Assembly (NCBI GenBank): GCA_964483785.1
Contig: CAZACW010000009.1
Coordinates: 1-58,057, forward strand
Length of the DNA stretch: 58,057 nt
Source of the DNA: an uncultured Planctomycetales bacterium
GTDB taxonomy: Bacteria; Omnitrophota; Gorgyraeia; Zapsychrales; Fredricksoniimonadaceae
Reading direction: 5' to 3'
In this document: in pieces, positions 27,611-36,129 of the stretch
How the letters are laid out: each line of letters begins with the position of its first letter
Numbering within the stretch: the stretch's first letter is position 1
The notes under the pieces: model-generated
Database searches by the model: none
The model's input: the letters and a program-made list of their open reading frames with translations, nothing else
Told to the model about the DNA's origin: nothing
Translations under genes and position numbers: made by a program

Positions 27611-27677
27611 AAATAGGGGACAGCGCCCTATTTTTCAGCATCTGGACAAAATAAAAATAGGGCGCTGTCCCCTATTT
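27611..27677. repeat. Family A palindromic repeat (25-bp perfect inverted pair)
   Basis: AAATAGGGGACAGCGCCCTATTTTT 27611-27635 / AAAAATAGGGCGCTGTCCCCTATTT 27653-27677, with a partial extra copy at 27597-27608. Confidence 0.9.
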
Positions 27678-27688
27678 AGGCTGTATTG

Positions 27689-29920
27689 ATGAAAAGTATC
27701 AACAAAGATATTGTATGGATGTCCATACTGGCCTGCCTCTGGGGCATACAGGCCGGCGTCTGCGTGGAGCAATTGACCTGCCTATGGCATGCGCCGGTTT
27801 ATTTTAAGGACATGCTCCTGCAAGAAGCCATCAGCCGCATGGCCCCGAAATGGGACCTTTGCGTTTATCTGACTTTCATTACAGTTGCTTTGGTGACCGG
27901 TCCTGTCCTGATGCGCTTTCGGTCCAAGCCCATCAATCCGCGCTGGCTGATTTTTGAAGCCATTCTCACTTTTTTGATGGTCAGCGCCGTATTTAAGATC
28001 ATGGTTTACGATAATAGCCCGCGCCTGGCCCAGACCTGCTTAGTTGTGATGATGGTCTTGGCAGTTTTAAGCAAGGTCTTTTATCCGGAGACGAAGAAAT
28101 CAGCCCTTTGGATTTATCAGCGCGCGGCCCTGATTCCATGGGCCTTATTTGAAGATTATGCCTGGGCGGCCCTGATTGTCTTGATGATTTATATCCCGGA
28201 TTTATCAGGCGTCACCGCCATGATCTACATGGGGGACTGGTTCCACCATCTTGATTATGTGATTATGTCCGTGGGCTGGGCCTCGCTGTGGGGGCAGGTG
28301 CCGTACGCGGACATCATTTCCCAATACGGGGTGGGGCTGCCGGTCATTTTCGCGAAGATCATCAAATGTTTCGGGACCTTTGACTATCTTCCGGCGCTGC
28401 GCGTCGTGATGTGGTTCGTGATTTTGTATTTTATCGGCGCCTTTTTCTTCGTGCGTTATTGGCTGGGCCCGGCCTGGATCGCAGGTGTGGCGTTTTTATT
28501 GGTATTTCGCCTGCAAATGTTCCATTACGGAGTTAGCCCCTTGATCTGGTGCACGGCTTCTGCCTCGCCGATGCGCTTCGGCTTGGACATAGCATGGATG
28601 ACCTGTCTTTTACTGCATATGCGCACCAGCCGCTTAAGATGGCTTTTGCTGGCCGCCTTTTACAGCGGCTTTGCCGTGTACTATATGACCTCCAGCGGCA
28701 TGTGCGTGATGGTGACCTTGTATGCGTACCTGCTGTCTCTTCTTGCCGTCCCGGCATGGCGCCAACAGATTTTGTCCCAGGGCCCTCAACGCACCGGGCT
28801 GTTTTGGTCCTGCTGGGTCCTGCCTTTTGTGTCCATGCTGCTCTTTTTCGGGGCGGCCTTGAAAGGCCATATTTTTCAAAAGGAATATTGGCAGAATTTG
28901 ATCAATTATTTGGTGGCTTTTGAGCATATCGGCGCCTTGCCGATGTGGGAGAGTTTGAAGTACCGCCATTTCTGGGCCTTTTTCATGAGCATGGCCATGC
29001 CGTTGACGTATCTCGTGACCTTGATGTACATTGGGCTCTGCCTTTATATAGAGAAGGGACCCTGGGAGCGGGTTTTGCCTGCCCTACTTTCTGTTTACGG
29101 ATTGGCCAATTACCAGTATTATGTGGTGCGCTCAGCGATCACAACTTATTACGTCAATGCCTTGCCCTTTGTGTTCATCGTTTGTTTTTGGTTTATGCAA
29201 ATCCTTAAAATGCTTCCTTCTTCATGGCAGAGGAGGCTGAGGGCCGCGGCCGTGATCTTGAGTTTTTACGCGCTATGGACCAACCAGAATTTTCTGGCAT
29301 ATCCAAACCTGATGAGCTTTTCGCGCCATCCCTTGACGGACAATCTGGTGATCCAGCGCTTTCCGGACAGGCAGGGTTATTTCAACGTGATGTATAAGAA
29401 CACGAAGGAAGACGATAAATTGCCGGTGAATGATCTCAATCAAACGCAGGAAGACATGCGTGTTGAGGATGATTTCAAGGATGACAGGGAATTGGCGCAG
29501 TTCTATCAAAGCCGCGCGGATTTTGCGCAGGACGCGTCCTTGATCGACCGCCTGACAGGGCCCCAGGAGAGGGTGGCCTTGATCAGCAGTTTTGAGACCA
29601 AGATCCTGATCCAGGCCAACCGCCCGCCGTTTTTCTATGATTTCCCGATGCTAAGCTCCAGGCCCATGACCTTCAGGTCCTTTCCTTCGGACGCGGCCCA
29701 TTCCCTGAATTATCTGGACAATACCATAAAGGCACTGGAGGACCGGAAGCCGGATTATGTGTTTATGGAACGGATTTTCCTGCAGAACACCTTGCCGGCC
29801 TCGTATTACGATCACGGCAACCGGAGACTGACCAGGGTCCTGTCCATCATCGACTATATCCGGGCCCATTATCAGCCGTACGCAACAGGGCAATATCTTG
29901 TGGCGATGAAGCGGATTTGA
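27689..29920 (+). CDS. GT-C-like family III (copy 6)
   Basis: DWFHHLD...GQVPYADIISQYGVG and SSFETKILIQANRPPFFY. Confidence 0.75.
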   Translation: MKSINKDIVWMSILACLWGIQAGVCVEQLTCLWHAPVYFKDMLLQEAISRMAPKWDLCVYLTFITVALVTGPVLMRFRSKPINPRWLIFEAILTFLMVSAVFKIMVYDNSPRLAQTCLVVMMVLAVLSKVFYPETKKSALWIYQRAALIPWALFEDYAWAALIVLMIYIPDLSGVTAMIYMGDWFHHLDYVIMSVGWASLWGQVPYADIISQYGVGLPVIFAKIIKCFGTFDYLPALRVVMWFVILYFIGAFFFVRYWLGPAWIAGVAFLLVFRLQMFHYGVSPLIWCTASASPMRFGLDIAWMTCLLLHMRTSRLRWLLLAAFYSGFAVYYMTSSGMCVMVTLYAYLLSLLAVPAWRQQILSQGPQRTGLFWSCWVLPFVSMLLFFGAALKGHIFQKEYWQNLINYLVAFEHIGALPMWESLKYRHFWAFFMSMAMPLTYLVTLMYIGLCLYIEKGPWERVLPALLSVYGLANYQYYVVRSAITTYYVNALPFVFIVCFWFMQILKMLPSSWQRRLRAAAVILSFYALWTNQNFLAYPNLMSFSRHPLTDNLVIQRFPDRQGYFNVMYKNTKEDDKLPVNDLNQTQEDMRVEDDFKDDRELAQFYQSRADFAQDASLIDRLTGPQERVALISSFETKILIQANRPPFFYDFPMLSSRPMTFRSFPSDAAHSLNYLDNTIKALEDRKPDYVFMERIFLQNTLPASYYDHGNRRLTRVLSIIDYIRAHYQPYATGQYLVAMKRI

Positions 29921-29921
29921 G

Positions 29922-29950
29922 ACCATCACAACCCCCGGGGTTGTGATGGT
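29922..29950. repeat. Family B palindrome ACCATCACAACCCCCGGGGTTGTGATGGT
   Basis: 14-bp arms around 1 nt, just after a stop codon; identical to 32974-33002. Confidence 0.9.
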
Positions 29951-29990
29951 TCAATAGGGCGGACAGTCGTAATTTTATGAAAGGTAGACG

Positions 29991-32228
29991 ATGATTTACT
30001 GGGTTGGATTGTTAAGCACCTTGATGGCCATCGAAAGCGTCTTCATCGGCACCTGTTATTTTCTGGTCTTCCCGACGCCCCAATCCGCGGTCTCAAAAGA
30101 TTTCTTCACCACCTATCAGCATGCCATCCAACCCAAACACGATGTCCTGTTTTTAAGGCTTTTTATCCTCATCGGCGTCGGGAGCTTCATTGCCCTCATG
30201 CGGTATTTAAAAACAAGGACAAGCCTTCAGCAGGCCTTTTGGAAGAAGTTTACCGTACTTGAGGCCATGGTGATCGCGGTGCAAACCTTCTTTTTGTTCA
30301 AATACGCCATCTACCGCTATCCGCTGTGGCAGTACGGGTTTTACGCGGCCGTCGCAGCTGGCATCCTGATCAAAATTTTTACACCCGAGGTCTTTAAATG
30401 CGCAAAAAATTTCAACGCGCGTTTGAAGGAAAAAGTTTTCTTTCCCCAGATGTCCTTTTGGCTCACCTTATCCGGCATGGTGCTGATCCCTTTGATCATC
30501 TGGGTCCCGGATGTGGAAGGGGCTGTGGCCAGGATGTTTTTCGGCGAGCATTTCCACCACATGGACTGGCTGTTGATGTCTGCCGGCTGGGCGCACATGT
30601 CAGGGAATATCCTGGATGTGGACAATATCTCGCGCTACGGCAGCGGCGCGCCCATCCTTGTCTCGGAATTGGCCAGGCATGTGCTGGGCCGCTTTGACTA
30701 TGTCAACGCCGTGATCGTGATGATGTCGATCAGCATCGTGTATTACTGGATATGGTTTCTTGCCCTGCGCGTGGTTTTAAAAGACACGGCCTGGGCCGTG
30801 ATCGCCATTTTCCTTGGTTTACGCCTGCATTTTTTCAATGTGGAGACCTTTCCGTTTATATTCACCTACCCCCAGGACACGCCCATCCGCTTCTTCGGCG
30901 ATGCGCTCTTTTTTCTGTTTTTGATTTTGCATCTCCGCTGGGGGGCCATGCGCTGGCTCTATGCGGCCTCGGCCGCGGCGGGATTTTATGTGTTTTACAT
31001 CACCGGCGAGGGGATATATACCCTGGTGACTTTTTATATTTTCCTGGTGATGCGTGAGGCTTTTCTTTACCTTAATCCTGCCGGCGGTCCGCTGAAGCGT
31101 TTGAATTTAAGGCAGGCCGCGATAGCTGTCCTGCTTCCCTGGCCGGTGCTGTTTTTCTGTTTTTGGGTCACGGCAGGGGGGCATATTTTTACGTCCCTGT
31201 TCTGGTATAACCAGTTTGAGTTTATACGTTTTTATGCGGCAGGCAATCAAACGGCCCTGATGCTCAACAATCTGACAGCGCCTTTTGTAGACCGCGCCGC
31301 CATCGCCTTTTTGATGCCGGTCCTGTACATGCTGGCTTTGGTTTATTTTGTTGGGCAGATGCTATCCAGGTCCTTGAAGACCGACGGGCTGATCATGGCC
31401 TGTGCCTGCTTCTTTTTATTGATCAGCTATCATTACCATGCCACCCTGGCCAATAATATGCCCTCCTATCTGCGCAACGGCGTGCCCATTGCCATGCTTT
31501 GCATTTACGCGGCCAAGACATTCAGCGCCGGGCTTTCGCTTTATCATCAAAGGCTATGCAAGGTCCTTTGCGCCGCTGCTGTCGGCGTGATGATGGTCAC
31601 CACCGACCAGTTTTTACTGCACCCGAATATTTTTAATTGCTCGCGCAATCCCATGACCCATCCGGTGGTGAGCGAAGTGCCGGTGGGGCGCAAAAGCTAT
31701 TTCAGCCATTTGTTCATCAGCTATCCCAACGCCTTCAAGCTTCCCATCAACGGCCTGGGCCAGAAGGAGGAGATGCTGGTCACCGAGCAAGATTTTGCCG
31801 ACGATCAACAGATGAAGGAGCTTTTCCGCAAGGAATCGGATTACACTCAGGATGCGGCCTTGATCCGGTCTTTGACCTCGGCCGATGAAAAGGTGCCCCT
31901 GGTCTCTTCCTTCGAGACCCTGATTTTGATGCAGGCCCTTCGCCGCCCGTTTTTTTACACTTTTTTCATGGTCAATTCCCAGCCCAGGCGCATGCGCAAA
32001 TTTCCGGTGACCATTTTGTTCACCCACAGCAATTTGCAGAGGGAAATCGAGCGCCTCGAGCGCTTGAAGCCGACCTATATCTTTGTGGAGAGGACCTATT
32101 TGGTTTCGCCTTTTCCCGAGGCCTATTTATACGACAATGAGGATTTGGTCGCGCTATTGACCTATATCTTCAGCCAATATACGCCCTATAAGGCCGGGGA
32201 ATTTTTAGAGGCATTAAAACACAGATGA
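29991..32228 (+). CDS. GT-C-like family III (copy 7)
   Basis: EHFHHMD...DVDNISRYGSG and SSFETLILMQALRRPFFY. Confidence 0.75.
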   Translation: MIYWVGLLSTLMAIESVFIGTCYFLVFPTPQSAVSKDFFTTYQHAIQPKHDVLFLRLFILIGVGSFIALMRYLKTRTSLQQAFWKKFTVLEAMVIAVQTFFLFKYAIYRYPLWQYGFYAAVAAGILIKIFTPEVFKCAKNFNARLKEKVFFPQMSFWLTLSGMVLIPLIIWVPDVEGAVARMFFGEHFHHMDWLLMSAGWAHMSGNILDVDNISRYGSGAPILVSELARHVLGRFDYVNAVIVMMSISIVYYWIWFLALRVVLKDTAWAVIAIFLGLRLHFFNVETFPFIFTYPQDTPIRFFGDALFFLFLILHLRWGAMRWLYAASAAAGFYVFYITGEGIYTLVTFYIFLVMREAFLYLNPAGGPLKRLNLRQAAIAVLLPWPVLFFCFWVTAGGHIFTSLFWYNQFEFIRFYAAGNQTALMLNNLTAPFVDRAAIAFLMPVLYMLALVYFVGQMLSRSLKTDGLIMACACFFLLISYHYHATLANNMPSYLRNGVPIAMLCIYAAKTFSAGLSLYHQRLCKVLCAAAVGVMMVTTDQFLLHPNIFNCSRNPMTHPVVSEVPVGRKSYFSHLFISYPNAFKLPINGLGQKEEMLVTEQDFADDQQMKELFRKESDYTQDAALIRSLTSADEKVPLVSSFETLILMQALRRPFFYTFFMVNSQPRRMRKFPVTILFTHSNLQREIERLERLKPTYIFVERTYLVSPFPEAYLYDNEDLVALLTYIFSQYTPYKAGEFLEALKHR

Positions 32229-32962
32229 GACAGGCCGCTGTTCCAGAATTGTCCGTGGTCATCCCGGTTTATAACGAAGGCCGGGTGATTTGCCGCAATT
32301 TAAAAAGCGTAGATGATTATCTGCAGACTTTGATGATCAGCTATGAGATCGTCATCGTCAATGACGGCTCCAAGGACAATACCTTGGAGCAGGCCTCCGG
32401 CATGGCCAAAGAGCGCATCCGTTTGATCAGCTACGCGCAAAACCGCGGCAAGGGCTTTGCGGTCAAGCGCGGCATGATGGAAGCCGGCGGCCGATTTCGA
32501 TTGTTTATGGACATGGACCTTTCCACGGACCTGGCGGAAATCCCTAAATTTCTGCAACACATGCGGGAGGGGCTTTGCGATATCTGTGTGGGCAACCGGC
32601 ACAGCGTCGGGGTATTGAGGCAGAAAAGGCCGTGGTATAGGGCTTTGATGGGCAAGAGCTTTGCCTTGATGTCCAAAGCCGCCAGCGGCTGCCCGGTGGA
32701 TGATTTTACCTGCGGTTTCAAGATTTTTACCGGCCGCGCCTGCGTCCTGGTCTTTGCGCACCAGCGCATTTACAATTGGGCCTTTGATACGGAACTTCTG
32801 GCCATTGCCAACCGCCTGGGCCTGCGGGTCGGACAATTGCCGGTGGTCTGGCAGCATCACGCGCAATCCAAGGTCCGCATAGGCCCGGCCGTGGTCACGG
32901 CCATGATGGACCTGGGCAGAATTTGGCATTACAGACGAAGCATCAAGCCGGAGTCAAGTTGA
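32225..32962 (+). CDS. GT2 polyprenyl/dolichyl-phosphate glycosyltransferase (DPM/Alg5-like)
   Basis: Motifs LSVVIPVYNE, IVNDGSKDNT, NRGKGFAV, FMDMDLS, DFTCGFK and WAFDTELL. Confidence 0.92.
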   Translation: MRQAAVPELSVVIPVYNEGRVICRNLKSVDDYLQTLMISYEIVIVNDGSKDNTLEQASGMAKERIRLISYAQNRGKGFAVKRGMMEAGGRFRLFMDMDLSTDLAEIPKFLQHMREGLCDICVGNRHSVGVLRQKRPWYRALMGKSFALMSKAASGCPVDDFTCGFKIFTGRACVLVFAHQRIYNWAFDTELLAIANRLGLRVGQLPVVWQHHAQSKVRIGPAVVTAMMDLGRIWHYRRSIKPESS

Positions 32963-32973
32963 AGATTGACAGG

Positions 32974-33002
32974 ACCATCACAACCCCCGGGGTTGTGATG
33001 GT
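32974..33002. repeat. Family B palindrome (second identical copy)
   Basis: 29-mer identical to 29922-29950. Confidence 0.9.
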
Positions 33003-33012
33003 ATCCATGCGT

Positions 33013-33101
33013 ACCGTCGGGTGGCCGAGGGAGGGGCATCGCCCGTTGAGCGAGGCTTTTCGCGAGCGAAACGGGGATACCCGAGGCCAGGACCCGACGG
33101 T
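33013..33101. other. Long GC-rich imperfect hairpin (repeat element or structured RNA)
   Basis: ACCGTCGGGT 33013-33022 pairs with ACCCGACGGT 33092-33101. Inner stems: GGCC/GGCC, GGGcATCgCCCGTT/AACGGGGATACCC and GCGAG/TTCGC. Confidence 0.6.
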
Positions 33102-33176
33102 CTGCAAAACATATCCTTGCATGCTTCAAACGGCATTATGTCGAACTGGTGTTAATTTAAAAACAAAGGGGTTTAT

Positions 33177-33497
33177 ATGTTAAGCGTGGAAGATTTTAAG
33201 AAGGTGGAATTGATTGTCGCCCAGATCAAGGAGGTCAAGGAACATCCAAACGCGGACCGCCTCTATGTCCTGCAGGTGGACACCGGCAAGGACGTGCGCC
33301 AGATTGTTGCCGGGATCCGCAAGGCCTACACGCCGGAGCAATTGGTCCATCGGCGCATCATTCTGGTGGCCAACATGGAGCCGGCGCTGATCAGGGGAGA
33401 GACGTCCAACGGGATGTTGTTGGCCGCTTCAGATGCCAACGGCATGGCCCTGCTGATGCCGGACAAGGAGATGAGCTTGGGGAGCATCGTCAAATGA
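33177..33497 (+). CDS. Stand-alone tRNA-binding OB-fold protein (Trbp111/MetG C-terminal/CsaA family)
   Basis: EDFKKVEL...HPNADRLYVLQVDTG...RQIVAGI...ANMEP...GETSNGMLLAA. Confidence 0.92.
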   Translation: MLSVEDFKKVELIVAQIKEVKEHPNADRLYVLQVDTGKDVRQIVAGIRKAYTPEQLVHRRIILVANMEPALIRGETSNGMLLAASDANGMALLMPDKEMSLGSIVK

Positions 33498-36121
33498 AAG
33501 GTGTTCAGACCGGGATATTTTTGTCCGCGGCCTTTTTGGTCTGCGTTTTGGCCAACATGTTTTTCTTTCCGGATATCTTGTGGAGGCACGATGCCCGTTT
33601 TTCCTATATTCCGGACTCGGAAATGAACTATGAAACCGTCTTTGCCATGGCCAGCCAATTTTTCCAGGGAGGCATTCAGCTGTATGACCGCTTTGACGCG
33701 GTGAATGTCGCCTATACCCAGATGGCGGACGGGATTTTTACCGTCGTCAATTTTTTGTTATCAGGAATTTATTTTTTGTGCTCGCCTTTTTTACAGTATC
33801 CGGCCAAGGCCTTCCATCTTCTGTATTCCGACGGGTTTTATCTGCTCAACATGCTGATCAGGACCGTGGGCGGCTATTTGTTTTTAAGGAAATTTTCCTC
33901 CAACCCTCTCGTTTTGCTGGCCACCCTTGTTTATTTTAATACCATTTTCATGAGTCCCTGTTTCAACAATAGTTTATTGACCAACAGCCTGTATGCCTAT
34001 CTTCCGCTTTTGATGTATTTTCTCATCTGTTTTTTTGAGCGCTACAACATCGTTGATCTCTTGTGGTTTTTTATCTGCCTGGCCGTGGCTGTGGCCCATT
34101 CGCCGCTTTTGGCCCTGGGCTATTTTTACCAGTTTGTCCATGTGTTTATCCTGTCCCTGGCGCTTTTGAGTGTGTTGAGGCGCCACTGGCCCGTCTGGGA
34201 AAAGGGGAAGCTTTGGCAAAAGAACAGGCAGGCCGTGTTTTGGACGATCGGTGTTTGTGTCCTGATCCTTTTGCCTACGGTCCTGTTTTTGTCGTCGCTC
34301 AAGAATGATTTTTATATCCTTAATTCCGGGTTCGGGGACACCCAGGGCCGCATCAAGAATTTATTCAATGTCCAGGGGTACATGCATCTGCCCAACCGCT
34401 CCTACGCGTCTCCGGCGGATTTTGTGACCCTGCTCTTTGACTACACGCAGAATTTATGGGGCCAAAGCTGGTATTTCTTAGGGGCAGGTGCGGTCTTGAC
34501 AGGCCTGGTCGGTGCCATCGTATCGAAGAACCCGCTTAAACAGGTGCTGGTCATGGCCACGGTATTTTTGCTGTTTTTAAACATCCCGCCTGATCCCGGC
34601 TCCTGGACCTGCTGGGCCCATTGGATCAATGTCCTGACCAATCCGTTCAGTTTTTTGGTCCGCAGTTTTCACATGTCGGATTTGTTGTGGCCGACGGCCA
34701 TGACCGGGCTCTTGGCCCTTGGCCTGCAGGCCTGTGTCGATTTGGGCCAGGGGCATGGGGAGCGCATCCACGCCAAACGACTGGCGCTGACCATCGGCCT
34801 TTTGCTGGGCATAGGGCTCTTTTTTATTTTGGCCCATCTGGCCTACAGCGCCTATGTGGTGGTCTCATCCGGGATGATCTGCTTGTATTTGGCCTTGACC
34901 AGGACCAAATTGTATAAAAATTTTGCCGCGGCGAGATCAACCAGCCTCAGCGTTTGGGCGGTGATCGGCCTTTTTATTTTCAGCCTCATGGCATGGGATT
35001 TTAAGGTCTTTGTTCCCTTTATCCATGCCTATCCCTTGGGAGAAATCAAGATCAAACCCAGGCATTTTGATACGGTCTCGCCCGTTCCCTTGGTTTTGGA
35101 TTATCAGAACCCGAAATTTTTTCCGTTCCGCTATTATTTCCGTCAAGACCCGCGCACCATCAATCCCGAAATCCAGACCAATGGATTTGAATTCGGCCGG
35201 TTTTATCAGTATTACAGTCTGGTCCCCCGCTTTATCCTTCCGCCGGATTTGTATCAGCCCAGGCCTAAAATTTTCAAGGAGATTTCAGACGACCGTCCCA
35301 TCTGGCAATATTTATTCAAAGACAGCAGGATCATGTATTGGGCTGATGCCGCGGTCCTGGCAGACCAGGTCAATTTTCAGGATATTCTGGATTTGGGCTT
35401 GGACCGCCGGGTGCTGATGGTAGAAGGGGACCATGTGCCCAATTTAAGCGATGCAAGGCAATTGAAACTGGGGCCGCCAATTGAAATCCAGGACAATATC
35501 TATGAGCACCGTTTTGATTTTAATCAGGCCAGGCCCAAGGCCCGCGGTCCCCACGTCGAATACCGTTTTGATCTTCCGGATACCTTCCCCCAGTTTATTT
35601 CCACCACTGTTTTTTCACAGGACGCGGATCTATGGTCGGTCAAGGCCGGCTCTGTGCGCCTGTTTCCTGTCCAGGGGGAGCTTAGCGATGCCTTTACCTT
35701 TGATGTCAATAATGTGAAAGACCATGAGCTTCGCCTGCTTTTGCCGCGGGAAGTACCGATCCAGGGCCTGGGGCTTGATCTTCGCCTCAAGACCCCGGGC
35801 GATATCAAGCGGATCTGGCAAAACACCAATGATGCCTTGGGCCTGGATTATGCGGCGCCCAAGGACGGCTGGGTGATCGTCCATTTTCCTTTTGATCCCA
35901 AATGGAGCCTGACCGTCGACGGTCAGCCTGCGCCGTATTTCAAGGCCAACCGCTATTTCATGGCCTTTCCCATCACGCAGGGGGAGCATAAAATTCTCTG
36001 GCGCTACTGGCCGGGGACACCGCTTAGAATACTCATCGTTATATCGGTACTTTGCGCCGCCGCCGCTTTGGCCGCGGCCTTCAGGGAAGGACTGCGGCGG
36101 CTTCAAGTGCCGTCGACTTAA
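33494..36121 (+). CDS. YfhO-family GT-C membrane protein
   Basis: FQGGIQLYDRFD; C-terminal PFDPKWSLTVDG...GEHKILWRYWP; ATGA-coupled to the upstream gene. Confidence 0.8.
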   Translation: MKGVQTGIFLSAAFLVCVLANMFFFPDILWRHDARFSYIPDSEMNYETVFAMASQFFQGGIQLYDRFDAVNVAYTQMADGIFTVVNFLLSGIYFLCSPFLQYPAKAFHLLYSDGFYLLNMLIRTVGGYLFLRKFSSNPLVLLATLVYFNTIFMSPCFNNSLLTNSLYAYLPLLMYFLICFFERYNIVDLLWFFICLAVAVAHSPLLALGYFYQFVHVFILSLALLSVLRRHWPVWEKGKLWQKNRQAVFWTIGVCVLILLPTVLFLSSLKNDFYILNSGFGDTQGRIKNLFNVQGYMHLPNRSYASPADFVTLLFDYTQNLWGQSWYFLGAGAVLTGLVGAIVSKNPLKQVLVMATVFLLFLNIPPDPGSWTCWAHWINVLTNPFSFLVRSFHMSDLLWPTAMTGLLALGLQACVDLGQGHGERIHAKRLALTIGLLLGIGLFFILAHLAYSAYVVVSSGMICLYLALTRTKLYKNFAAARSTSLSVWAVIGLFIFSLMAWDFKVFVPFIHAYPLGEIKIKPRHFDTVSPVPLVLDYQNPKFFPFRYYFRQDPRTINPEIQTNGFEFGRFYQYYSLVPRFILPPDLYQPRPKIFKEISDDRPIWQYLFKDSRIMYWADAAVLADQVNFQDILDLGLDRRVLMVEGDHVPNLSDARQLKLGPPIEIQDNIYEHRFDFNQARPKARGPHVEYRFDLPDTFPQFISTTVFSQDADLWSVKAGSVRLFPVQGELSDAFTFDVNNVKDHELRLLLPREVPIQGLGLDLRLKTPGDIKRIWQNTNDALGLDYAAPKDGWVIVHFPFDPKWSLTVDGQPAPYFKANRYFMAFPITQGEHKILWRYWPGTPLRILIVISVLCAAAALAAAFREGLRRLQVPST

Positions 36122-36129
36122 AAGATATC

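Noticed and set aside
33013-33101. tRNA, SRP RNA or T-box call
   Set aside because: No cloverleaf or TTC loop, no SRP domain IV motif and no T-box consensus recognised; kept only as an unassigned hairpin.
32923-33183. 86-aa ORF spanning the GT2-to-tRNA-binding intergenic region (and the 66-aa antisense ORF)
   Set aside because: Composed of palindromic repeat sequence, overlaps both neighbours, and has no protein features.
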